A stretch of 64,000 nt of DNA from Actinomycetota bacterium. GTDB lineage: Bacteria; Actinomycetota; Acidimicrobiia; Acidimicrobiales; Ilumatobacteraceae. The DNA lies in contig WLJO01000010.1 of the NCBI GenBank assembly GCA_009701715.1, positions 2,916 through 66,915 of the forward strand, given 5' to 3'. A program made the position numbers and the translations under genes. Shown piece after piece: positions 18,439-27,191 of the stretch. Under the pieces are notes generated by a model. It had not been told where the DNA came from. It did no database searches and worked only from the letters and a program-made list of their open reading frames with translations. Positions within the stretch are counted from its first letter, which is position 1. Every line of letters begins with the position of its first letter.

Positions 18439-20454
18439 TCAGGACGACAGCGGCGGGTCGTCCCGGCGTCTGTCGTGATCGGACTCGAACCCATCCGGGT
18501 CGTCGAATAACTCGTCGAAGTCGTCGATCGGCAGACCAGCAAGCTTGCGGCGCTCGAACTCGGCTGTCTCGTCCCTGCGGACGCGACGACGGAGATGCTG
18601 CACCCACCACGACAGCAGCACAAGGCCAGCCGCGAACGTGAAGACGATGCCGAGACCGGTAAGTCGTCCCACACGGACGTTGATGACCGCCTTCTTGCCG
18701 ATCACGGTCTTGGTGCCGGGTGCGAGCAATTGAGCGGTAATGGGAAAGCGGCCGCTGCTGCGCGCCCTGACCGGGATACGGACGAACTCGGTGGCGCCAG
18801 GCTCCACCGTCAGTTCCTCGCTCGTCGGCGGCGACGTCAGCTTGCCGCTCACTAGGCGCACCGTGACCGTGATGGGCACGTCGTTGTTGTTCTGGATGGT
18901 GACCGGAATGCTGGCGTTGCGGTCACCAAGGTTGACGGCCTTCGGAGCCTGGAGCACCACGTTGTTCTGGACGTCCAGCAGGTCTGCCCGCAACTGGGTC
19001 TCGTATGCCGCGCGGTCGTCATCGGCGAGTCGGGTGTCGAGCAGGACGTCGGCACGAATCGACCAGTCGATCCTGCGGCGGTCACTTGAGGGAATGATTG
19101 CCGCGGTGCCGGCAACCAACTTCAACAGCTTGGCCCGCCTTGCGTGCGCCGCGGAGAAGTCGCCCACGGCCGTAGCGCTGCTGCCGGCGGGTGTCGAGGT
19201 GCCCACCCCAACCTGCTCGATATCCACCGCCCGGAGTACGTCGTTGAGCGACAGCAGCGACGTCAGGGCCGCGAGCACTTCGGCATTCGCCGTGCCGAGA
19301 TCCGGCATGATCACTATTGCGGGCCGAGACTCGACCTGCTTGGAGCGCAGGAGCCCCACCGCGATGATGTGGGCCGCGAGAACCGGGTCCTCGGCCGCCG
19401 CAGCAAGTTCCCCGTGGATGTCGGACGGCACGAGCACCGGCTGGACCACACCCCCATCGGGACGTGCTACACCGGGAGCGGCTCGATCTGTTGCGATCCC
19501 AGCGGCCTGAACCACGACGGCCGCGCCGAGATTCCGCACGAGTAGCGATCCATCGGGGGAGAGCGCCTCATTCGCTACCCAAATCCGACGGTCTGGGAGA
19601 CGGAGCAACGCGTTGCTCAGCGTGTCCTCGCCGAACCGCAACTGGTTCGTGAAATCTGCCGATGCATCCGCGTTGGCCGCCACGCTCGGGTCGATGTGCA
19701 GGTACGGGGACGAGAGCAGGCGCTGTCGACCGAACGCCTCGGCGAGCGAGTTCACGAGGTCGCGATCCGATTGCCGATCGGAACGCATCAGGCTGTCGAC
19801 CAATTCGGGCCGGACGGACACCGCCACGGGAACCGTCGAGGCCCCGAGGAACTTCGTGAGCCGGATGACGGCGTCGCGGGTTGCGTCCGAGATGCTCGTG
19901 GACCCGTCGGGCTGCAGGCTGAGCGGTGCGTCGAGATCAAGCACGAACGTGACAGGTACGGGGCTGACCGGCGTTGAATCGGCTCGCCGGACCACTGGGA
20001 TGGCGAGTGCGGCGGCACCCGGAATCCAAACCTCCAACGCGTAGGTACCCGACTTCACGAGCGAGAGCGATCCAGCCAGGTTCGTGGCGGTCTCCGTGGG
20101 GATCCTGACGCGAGCCGTGCCATCCGTCGTCGTCACGGCAGATCCAGTCAGCAGCACGGTGTCCTCCGCCGTGCCGGCGACAGCAAGCAGTCGACCGAGG
20201 TTTCCGCCCGTGTCGGAAATCCGCCGCGCAGACACCTTCACCTCAGTCGGTGCACTGGCACCGTCCGGCAGCCGCAGGTCGATCGTAATAGTCCCGGCCG
20301 GGGCAATGCTCAAGGGGGCGGCGATCAGGAGAACCGGGGACGTGACGGCGAGCGCCTCACCGTCGTTGCCCAGCCCCGTCAGCCCAACAGCCGCGAGGAG
20401 ACCCAGTGCTGCCAGCAGTCGCGCAGTGCGGCCCCGGGAACGGAGGACGATCAC
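18439..20454 (-). CDS. Large secreted protein with C-terminal TM anchor, DUF6049-like
   Basis: Signal-like N-terminus, about 600 aa extracytoplasmic, C-terminal TM helix and charged tail. It occupies the position next to cca held by Rv3909. Start set at GTG 20454, forming a GTGA overlap with the GNAT stop. Confidence 0.6.
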   Translation of the reverse strand: MIVLRSRGRTARLLAALGLLAAVGLTGLGNDGEALAVTSPVLLIAAPLSIAPAGTITIDLRLPDGASAPTEVKVSARRISDTGGNLGRLLAVAGTAEDTVLLTGSAVTTTDGTARVRIPTETATNLAGSLSLVKSGTYALEVWIPGAAALAIPVVRRADSTPVSPVPVTFVLDLDAPLSLQPDGSTSISDATRDAVIRLTKFLGASTVPVAVSVRPELVDSLMRSDRQSDRDLVNSLAEAFGRQRLLSSPYLHIDPSVAANADASADFTNQLRFGEDTLSNALLRLPDRRIWVANEALSPDGSLLVRNLGAAVVVQAAGIATDRAAPGVARPDGGVVQPVLVPSDIHGELAAAAEDPVLAAHIIAVGLLRSKQVESRPAIVIMPDLGTANAEVLAALTSLLSLNDVLRAVDIEQVGVGTSTPAGSSATAVGDFSAAHARRAKLLKLVAGTAAIIPSSDRRRIDWSIRADVLLDTRLADDDRAAYETQLRADLLDVQNNVVLQAPKAVNLGDRNASIPVTIQNNNDVPITVTVRLVSGKLTSPPTSEELTVEPGATEFVRIPVRARSSGRFPITAQLLAPGTKTVIGKKAVINVRVGRLTGLGIVFTFAAGLVLLSWWVQHLRRRVRRDETAEFERRKLAGLPIDDFDELFDDPDGFESDHDRRRDDPPLSS

Positions 20455-21212
20455 GGGAGAGGACGCTCCAAGACGGCAAGGCGATATGCCAGTTCCTGAA
20501 ATCCGAGTGACCGGTACAGAGCGAGCGCTGTCTCGTTCTCCACATGAGTGTTCACCATCATGGACGTGCACCGCTGACGACGCGCCCAGCGCAGTGCGTC
20601 CACAGTGAGTGCCCGGCCGACGCCGTTCCCCTGGGATTCCGGTGCCACGGCGAGACGCTGCAAATACGCGCTGCGCCCCGCCCGGCCGGAGACCGCAAAG
20701 CCGATCACCGAGGAACCCTCGAGTGCGAGTCGGAGTCGATGGTGCGGGGTGGCCTGACAGGCGTCAGCGACGCCGTGGACGTCCATTGCCCAGAGCGGCC
20801 CGAACGCGCTGCGGTCGACGACCGCGAGCGACGCGAGGTCCGTCCGGCGCCCACGTCGGAGCATGAGGGATTCCGAGGGCACAACCGAACCTCTCACGCC
20901 GACGAGCCCGTGGCTCAACAGGCTGAGCTCCTGGCGGACCGAGAACCCGCACTCGAGGTATGCGGGCTGAATGGTCGGGCCAAGTGCACCCGTCCGGATC
21001 AGGCGAACACCGGCCCGACCCAACTCCTCCATCCATCGGTGAATCACCCGGGCAGGCGGTGCACTCTGCTCCAGCGTGATGAGTTGCACGGTGCCTGGCT
21101 CACCCGGCCAAGGGCGGACCCTCGCCACACAGTCGTCGGCGCGCAGCATCCATCCCACCGCCTGCCCGGAACCATCTGCGAGCGACTCCATATTCGTGGC
21201 CGGACTTTTCAC
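20451..21212 (-). CDS. GNAT family N-acetyltransferase
   Basis: Acetyl-CoA motif YLQRLAVAPESQGNGVGRAL...ALALYRSLGF. Confidence 0.8.
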   Translation of the reverse strand: MKSPATNMESLADGSGQAVGWMLRADDCVARVRPWPGEPGTVQLITLEQSAPPARVIHRWMEELGRAGVRLIRTGALGPTIQPAYLECGFSVRQELSLLSHGLVGVRGSVVPSESLMLRRGRRTDLASLAVVDRSAFGPLWAMDVHGVADACQATPHHRLRLALEGSSVIGFAVSGRAGRSAYLQRLAVAPESQGNGVGRALTVDALRWARRQRCTSMMVNTHVENETALALYRSLGFQELAYRLAVLERPLP

Positions 21213-21319
21213 CGGACCCGACCGTAACGCGCCGGACGGGCCACTGACGCCGTGACCGGACTAGCCTCCGCCATCATGGTGTCAATCACGGTCCTGCCCA
21301 TGAAGAAGGTGTGCTGCTC

Positions 21320-22156
21320 ATGACCATTCGCATCGTCACCGACAGCGCCTGCGACCTACCCGCCGCAACCCTTCTGGAGTACGGCGTAACCGTTGTCCCC
21401 CTGAAGATCCGCTTCGGTGACGAAGAGTTCGTGGACCGCGAGGAGCTCACTACTGCAGAGTTCTGGGCCCGTTGCTCCGCTTCGTCCGGGCTGCCGGCCA
21501 CCGCTGCCCCGTCGATCGGGAACTTCACGAGCGCGTATGAATCCCTCGCCGCCGCAGGCGCCGATGGGATTGTTGTGGTGTCGCTGTCGAGCGCTCTCTC
21601 GGCCACCATGCAGAGTGCCCAACTGGCTGCCGAGGAGGTGGCCGGAACCATCCCGGTCGTCGTGATCGACTCGCTATCGGTGTCGCTCGGTCTCGGGATG
21701 ATGGTCCTCGCCGCTGCCGAGGCCGCACGCGGGGGCAAGGGACTCGAAGAAGTGGCCGATGTCGTCCGCTGCCTCGTGCCCCGCACGCACGTGTGGGCGG
21801 CGCTCGACACCCTCGAGAACCTCAAGAAGGGTGGACGCATCGGCGGGGCCAAGGCCTTTCTTGCGTCCGCACTCGCCATCAAACCGATCATTACGTGTCG
21901 CGACGGCGTGGTTCACGAGGGCGGCAAGCAGCGCACACGCGCCAAGGCCCTGGCGTTCCTCGTCGACCGTGTTCGGGAGCACCGCAACGTCACCCGGGTG
22001 GCCGTCGCCCACGCGGACTGCTCGGACGTCGACGCATTTGTGGAGATGCTGCGGCCCTACACACCCGGCGAGATCCTCGTGGGCGACATCGGTGCGGTCA
22101 TCGGCACGCATGCCGGGCGCGGCACGATGGCCGTGCTGTTCCAGACCGCTGAGTAA
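21320..22156 (+). CDS. DegV family fatty-acid-binding protein
   Basis: MTIRIVTDSACDLP...TAAPSIGNF...VVSLSSALSATMQSA is a typical DegV pattern. Confidence 0.85.
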   Translation: MTIRIVTDSACDLPAATLLEYGVTVVPLKIRFGDEEFVDREELTTAEFWARCSASSGLPATAAPSIGNFTSAYESLAAAGADGIVVVSLSSALSATMQSAQLAAEEVAGTIPVVVIDSLSVSLGLGMMVLAAAEAARGGKGLEEVADVVRCLVPRTHVWAALDTLENLKKGGRIGGAKAFLASALAIKPIITCRDGVVHEGGKQRTRAKALAFLVDRVREHRNVTRVAVAHADCSDVDAFVEMLRPYTPGEILVGDIGAVIGTHAGRGTMAVLFQTAE

Positions 22157-22214
22157 CCGCCCGCGGGCGGTATGCCGATATTTGTTGATGCTCGACAACT
22201 AGCGTCGGGGAACG

Positions 22215-23849
22215 GTGGTTCATCCGTCCGAATCCGAGACCGTTCTGGCGGGCCGTTATCGCCTCGATCGTAAGCTCGCGCTCGGGGGCATGGCCGAGGT
22301 CTGGCTCGCAACGGATCTCTATCTCGACCGCGTCGTCGCGGTCAAGGTGCTCAAGCAGCAACTCGCCGGCGATGCCACGGCAATTGAGCGATTCCGCCGA
22401 GAAGCCCGGATCGTCGCCCAACTTGACCACCCGAACATCGTGTCGATCTACGACAGTGTCGAGCATGACGGCCGACAGGCAGTCGTCATGCCGTTCGTGC
22501 CGGGCCAAAGCCTGCGCGACCTGCTCGACGCAGAGAAGCACCTGTCGCCCGAACAGACCCTGAATATCGCTGCCTCGGTTGCGGGCGCGCTCGATGCCGC
22601 ACATCGTGCGAAGGAACCGATCATTCACCGGGACGTGAAACCCGGGAACATCCTCATCACCCCTGATGGGCACGTCCTGCTCACAGACTTCGGGATCGCA
22701 AAGGTGCTCTCGGGCACAGCGAACCAGGATCTAACGAGCGAGAACGTGATGATGGGTACCGCCAAGTACCTGTCGCCGGAACAGGTCCGTGGTCACGAAC
22801 TCGACGGCCGCGCCGACCTCTACTCACTTGGTCTGGTCCTGTACGAGTGTCTTGCCGGCAAGGTGCCCTTCAAGGGGGCCACCGATGCCGAGACCGCACT
22901 CGCCAGGGTGCAGCGCGATCCCACACCACTCGGCAAACTGCGCCCCCAACTGCACCCTGGGCTTCTCCATCTCGTCAAACGTCTGCTCGCCCGAGACCCG
23001 GCCAACCGTCCGGCCTCGGGAGCCGAAGTCGTTGCCATCGTTGAGGAGATCCGTAGCAATGGCGCCGGCAGTGGGCTCTGGCAGGGCCTCGATACTCGCA
23101 GTGGTGCCGTGCCCAACGCCTCCCGAGGAGGCGGACCGGCAGCGCGCTCTGAGCGCACGGACCGCGCGCCCACCCCGACCAATGGCACGCGCCCCCGGCC
23201 CCAACCAAGCCGTGGGCTTCCGCGCCGCCGGAACATGCCCACCTTCGTGATCGCAGGGCTACTCATCACAGCCCTCGCGGCCGGCGGTGTCCTCTGGGCG
23301 GCGCTTCGCAACGGCCCCAAGGAACGACCGGCGGACAGCACTGCGATCAGCGGAACCTCGCTTACCACCCCAGATGGCCAACCGGTTCCGATCACGAACT
23401 CCAAGGTCTCGGCGCTCACCAGTTTCGACCCGAAGGGCGACGGCACCGAGAACGAGTCCAAGGTGCGGCTCGCCCGGGACGCCAAGACCGCAACGGCGTG
23501 GCTCACCACCTGCTACCAGAACCAATACTTCGGCGCCAAACAAGGAGTCGGCCTCATCGTGAAGCTGAGCGGACCTGCTCAGGGTCTGCTCACGCTCAAC
23601 TTCCCGAGCACGCCGTGGAACGTAGACATCTACGCCTCGTCCAGCCCTGCTGCGCTGCTCGAGGACTGGGGCCAACCGATCTCGCAGAACGCGAGCCAGA
23701 AGTCCAAGTCCTCCTCCATCGTGCTCAACCAGCCGGGAAGATACCTCCTGCTCATGTTGCGCGAAGTCGCCCGTGACAAGGGTTGCAGCTCGTCGAACCC
23801 GTTCCGCGGAGGGTTCTCCGAGATCTCCTTCGGGCCCGCCCAGGACTGA
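22215..23849 (+). CDS. Ser/Thr protein kinase with one TM helix and an extracellular jelly-roll-like sensor domain
   Basis: Kinase motifs VAVK, HRDVKPGNIL, TDFGIAK and GTAKYLSPEQ are all intact. A Pro/Arg-rich linker precedes the TM FVIAGLLITALAAGGVLWAAL. The ectodomain reads FDPKGDGTENE...DAKTATAWLTTCY...GVGLIV. Confidence 0.9.
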   Translation: MVHPSESETVLAGRYRLDRKLALGGMAEVWLATDLYLDRVVAVKVLKQQLAGDATAIERFRREARIVAQLDHPNIVSIYDSVEHDGRQAVVMPFVPGQSLRDLLDAEKHLSPEQTLNIAASVAGALDAAHRAKEPIIHRDVKPGNILITPDGHVLLTDFGIAKVLSGTANQDLTSENVMMGTAKYLSPEQVRGHELDGRADLYSLGLVLYECLAGKVPFKGATDAETALARVQRDPTPLGKLRPQLHPGLLHLVKRLLARDPANRPASGAEVVAIVEEIRSNGAGSGLWQGLDTRSGAVPNASRGGGPAARSERTDRAPTPTNGTRPRPQPSRGLPRRRNMPTFVIAGLLITALAAGGVLWAALRNGPKERPADSTAISGTSLTTPDGQPVPITNSKVSALTSFDPKGDGTENESKVRLARDAKTATAWLTTCYQNQYFGAKQGVGLIVKLSGPAQGLLTLNFPSTPWNVDIYASSSPAALLEDWGQPISQNASQKSKSSSIVLNQPGRYLLLMLREVARDKGCSSSNPFRGGFSEISFGPAQD

Positions 23850-23857
23850 CGCCAACC

Positions 23858-24451
23858 GTGGTATCGGATGCAGGGGCGGATGGCGGCGCCGGAGATCTCG
23901 CTCTCGTTACCGCGGCGCGCGCCGGGGATCGCCAGGCCCTCGACCAACTGCTGAGGCGTCATTACGACCGGGTGTATGCCGTCTGTCGTCGGATCCTCCA
24001 CCACGACGCCGACGCCGCCGACGCCACACAGGACGCCCTGATTGCGGCCGTTCGCGGCCTGGCCTCGTTCGACGGCAACGCCCAGTTCGGCACCTGGCTG
24101 TACCGGGTTGCCACGAACACCTGCCTCGACCACCTGCGCCGGCGCAAACGGCGGCCAACCACTCCGCTCGACGAGACATTTTCGGTCTCCGAACTCATCG
24201 CCACGCGCCCCTTCGACAGCACCGTCGTGGACCAAATGGCAGTGCAGGCCGCGCTCGGGCGGCTGCCGGAGGATTTCCGCATTGCGGTGGTGCTCCGGGA
24301 CGTGGCCGACCTCGACTATGACGCCATCGCCGAGACCCTTAACGTGCCGATTGGGACGGTCCGTTCCCGCATCGCGCGGGGTCGAGCCCTGCTCGCCAAA
24401 GAACTCGGGAACCAAACCGGTCCCCACAACCATCCAACCAACCAGCCATGA
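23858..24451 (+). CDS. ECF-type RNA polymerase sigma factor (SigM-position)
   Basis: Region 2 DATQDALIAAVRGLASFDG...FGTWLYRVATNTCLDHLRRRKRR and region 4 YDAIAETLNVPIGTVRSRIARGRALL. GTG 23858 chosen because it follows the kinase stop. Confidence 0.85.
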   Translation: MVSDAGADGGAGDLALVTAARAGDRQALDQLLRRHYDRVYAVCRRILHHDADAADATQDALIAAVRGLASFDGNAQFGTWLYRVATNTCLDHLRRRKRRPTTPLDETFSVSELIATRPFDSTVVDQMAVQAALGRLPEDFRIAVVLRDVADLDYDAIAETLNVPIGTVRSRIARGRALLAKELGNQTGPHNHPTNQP

Positions 24452-25296
24452 CCGAGCCGACCACTCCCGCTCCCGGCTCGAACGCCGACTACCCCGACCA
24501 GCACGTGGTCGAGGTTTCCAGCGCCCGGGCAGACGGCGTGCTCACCCCCGTTGAGCAGGTTGAATTCCAGACAGACCACCGCGTCAGCGCACTCGCCGAA
24601 CAGTTCGAGTCGCTCCGTTTGCTCCTTGCACAGAACCCCGAGCCCCCGAGAGCGCTGCGTGAGCAGCACCTCGCCGCTGCGCTCGACGCACTCGCGCCGG
24701 CGCCGGTTGCCTCACTCGAGGCAGCGCGAATTCGTCGGGCCAAGCGTCTCGCCCCCGCCCTGGCCGCGGCAGCCGCCATCGCCGTGCTCGGCGTAGTGAT
24801 CGGGTCTGTCGCCGGCCGCTCGTCCAACAACGAACCGGTCGCCGCGAAGAACGCCGCCGAGATCGCCGCAGCCGACCGCACGGCAACGGATCAAACACCC
24901 CAACCCGAACCGACCCCAGTTACTGCCGAGGTTGGGCCGAACGAAGCCCAACAGCTCGCACCGACGGCAGGAGTTGTGGCCGACTCGGTTGCCGACAACG
25001 CGGGTACGACTGCCGACACAGCAAACGCAGGCGACACCGAGGAGATCCTCACAGCCCGTTCCACTGCGGAACTGCGCGGGATCGCGCTGGCGGTCGTTCA
25101 GCGTGGGGTAACCAACCGTGTCCCCCTGATCACGAACCCGTGCTCGGCCATCAACGGGGTGCCGGTAGCACAAGTGCTCTGGATGGACCGCCGGTCACTG
25201 CTGTTCCTCGTCCCTTCTGCGGAGAACGCCGTCGAGGCGCTCGTGGTGAATCCCGAGACGTGCGACGTCGACGCAAGTGCGTCGCTTACGGGCTGA
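24448..25296 (+). CDS. Putative anti-sigma factor (single-pass membrane protein)
   Basis: ATGA overlap with the sigma-factor stop. One TM (LAPALAAAAAIAVLGVVIGSVAG) and an Ala/Pro-rich extracytoplasmic part. No zinc-binding HxxxCxxC motif seen. Confidence 0.5.
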   Translation: MTEPTTPAPGSNADYPDQHVVEVSSARADGVLTPVEQVEFQTDHRVSALAEQFESLRLLLAQNPEPPRALREQHLAAALDALAPAPVASLEAARIRRAKRLAPALAAAAAIAVLGVVIGSVAGRSSNNEPVAAKNAAEIAAADRTATDQTPQPEPTPVTAEVGPNEAQQLAPTAGVVADSVADNAGTTADTANAGDTEEILTARSTAELRGIALAVVQRGVTNRVPLITNPCSAINGVPVAQVLWMDRRSLLFLVPSAENAVEALVVNPETCDVDASASLTG

Positions 25297-25321
25297 CGAC
25301 GCACACGGTTAGGCTGGCCAC

Positions 25322-25807
25322 ATGGCCTTCAACCCACTCAATCCCGAGTGGCCCAAACAAGCAGCAGACACCGTTGATCGATTTGTTCAGATCGTTCGAC
25401 GGAACCTGACGAACCGGGCTGTCAAAGTCACCAACGGCATTGTGTTCGGCATTGTCGCCGCGTTCGCCGGTCTGGTTGCACTGGTACTCGCACTGATCGC
25501 CTCGATGCGGTCGGTGCAGACCTATCTCCTCTGGGACATGGGCACGGTGGCGGCGTGGATCGTTGGGATGCTTGCACTCGTCGCTGCGCTCATCGTTATC
25601 ACGGGCCTCATCCGCTCGCGCAAGGTGATCACGATCGCAGGAGCGGTGATGCTCCTCTTCACCGGTGCGCGCTGGGCAATCTTCGCCGGCGACGCAAACA
25701 TCGACCACGACACCTCAGTGTGGATCGCCGACATCGTCGTGGGTGCGCTGTTCCTTGCGTTCGGGTCGTTCCTGATGGCCAAGCGCCACGCCCCTGTAGA
25801 GAGCTGA
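25322..25807 (+). CDS. Hypothetical four-TM membrane protein
   Basis: Four hydrophobic helices. No family recognised. Confidence 0.55.
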   Translation: MAFNPLNPEWPKQAADTVDRFVQIVRRNLTNRAVKVTNGIVFGIVAAFAGLVALVLALIASMRSVQTYLLWDMGTVAAWIVGMLALVAALIVITGLIRSRKVITIAGAVMLLFTGARWAIFAGDANIDHDTSVWIADIVVGALFLAFGSFLMAKRHAPVES

Positions 25808-25810
25808 GCA

Positions 25811-26758
25811 ATGTCCGTACGCAACGTCATCATCATCGGATCCGGACCTGCCGGCCTGACCGCCGCGATCTACACCGCACGGGCCAATCTGGAGCCCTTG
25901 GTCATCGAGGGCGAGCCGTCGTCAACAAGCGATCAACCCGGCGGTCAGCTGATGCTCACCACGGATATCGAAAACTTCCCCGGCTGGCCCACAGGGATCA
26001 CCGGCCCGGAGTTGATGCAGAACATGCGTGAACAGGCCGGCCGTTTCGGCGCCGAGTACCTCACCGAGAAGGTCACCCGTGTGGACTTCTCGTCGCGCCC
26101 GTTCCGCGTCTGGGTGCGCGACACCGAGTATCAGGCGAACAGCATCATCGTCTCCACCGGTGCCCGGTCACTTATGCTCGGCCTCGACGCCGAGCAGCGT
26201 TTGCTGTCGCACGGGTTGTCCACGTGTGCCACGTGTGACGGCTTCTTCTTCCGTGGCCACGAGATCGCCGTAGTGGGCGGTGGCGATACGGCGGTGGAGG
26301 AAGCAACGTTCCTCACCAAGTTCGCCAGCAAGGTGATCCTCATTCATCGACGCGACACGCTGCGTGCGTCCAAGATCATGCGTGACCGCGCGGCTGCGAA
26401 CCCGAAGATCGAGATGCTCTGGAACCACACGGTGGTCGGCCTGCTCGGCGAGGAACGCCTCGAGGGCCTCGTTGCCGAGCACACCGAGACCGGCGTTCGC
26501 CAGACCCTCCCCGTCACCGGACTGTTCCTCGCAATCGGACACCGCCCGAACACGGACCTGTTCACCGGGGTACTCGACGCCGACGAGAACGGCTATCTCA
26601 TCACCCAGCCAAATTCGTCGTACACGAACATCAACGGCGTGTTTGCCTGCGGCGACGTTCAGGACCACACCTACCGGCAGGCGATTACTGCTGCTGGGTC
26701 GGGTTGCATGGCCGCAATCGATGCCGAGCGATGGCTCGAGGCCCAACACTCCGCGTAA
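25811..26758 (+). CDS. trxB: Thioredoxin-disulfide reductase
   Basis: GSGPAGLTAAIY, redox-active CATCDG, GGGDTAVEEA. Confidence 0.95.
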   Translation: MSVRNVIIIGSGPAGLTAAIYTARANLEPLVIEGEPSSTSDQPGGQLMLTTDIENFPGWPTGITGPELMQNMREQAGRFGAEYLTEKVTRVDFSSRPFRVWVRDTEYQANSIIVSTGARSLMLGLDAEQRLLSHGLSTCATCDGFFFRGHEIAVVGGGDTAVEEATFLTKFASKVILIHRRDTLRASKIMRDRAAANPKIEMLWNHTVVGLLGEERLEGLVAEHTETGVRQTLPVTGLFLAIGHRPNTDLFTGVLDADENGYLITQPNSSYTNINGVFACGDVQDHTYRQAITAAGSGCMAAIDAERWLEAQHSA

Positions 26759-26855
26759 GCGACCAAACTCCGACCAGTAAGGTCGGGAATGTTCTCAGCA
26801 GGCCGAGCGTTGGTCCGACTACCATTGCGTTTCTCATACGAAAGGAATTCCCGAA

Positions 26856-27191
26856 ATGTCTGACGGAATCCTCAATCTCTCGACCGCCACCTTCGACGAA
26901 ACCGTTAAGTCCTCGGACAAGCCGATACTCGTTGATTTCTGGGCTGAATGGTGCGGACCATGCAAGATGATCGCTCCGATCCTGGAGGAGTTGGCGAGGG
27001 AACAGCCCGGCATCCAAGTCGCCAAGGTGGACGTGGATACGAACCAAGAACTCGCCGCTCGATTCAACGTGATGAGCATTCCGACGCTGCTCGTGATTCA
27101 GGACGGGGAGATCAAGAAGCGCCTCGTCGGCGCGAAGGGCAAGGGCGCCCTGCTGGCGGACCTGCAGGAGTTCTTGACACCCTCCCTCTGA
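26856..27191 (+). CDS. trxA: Thioredoxin
   Basis: WAEWCGPCKMIAP active site, 111 aa. Confidence 0.95.
   Translation: MSDGILNLSTATFDETVKSSDKPILVDFWAEWCGPCKMIAPILEELAREQPGIQVAKVDVDTNQELAARFNVMSIPTLLVIQDGEIKKRLVGAKGKGALLADLQEFLTPSL

Noticed and set aside
26948-27187. N-terminal 80 codons of the long ORF containing the cwlM-like gene
   Set aside because: This part overlaps trxA in another frame and translates to Arg/Gly/Asp-rich sequence unrelated to PG-binding repeats. It was treated as non-coding in this frame. See the start-codon finding.
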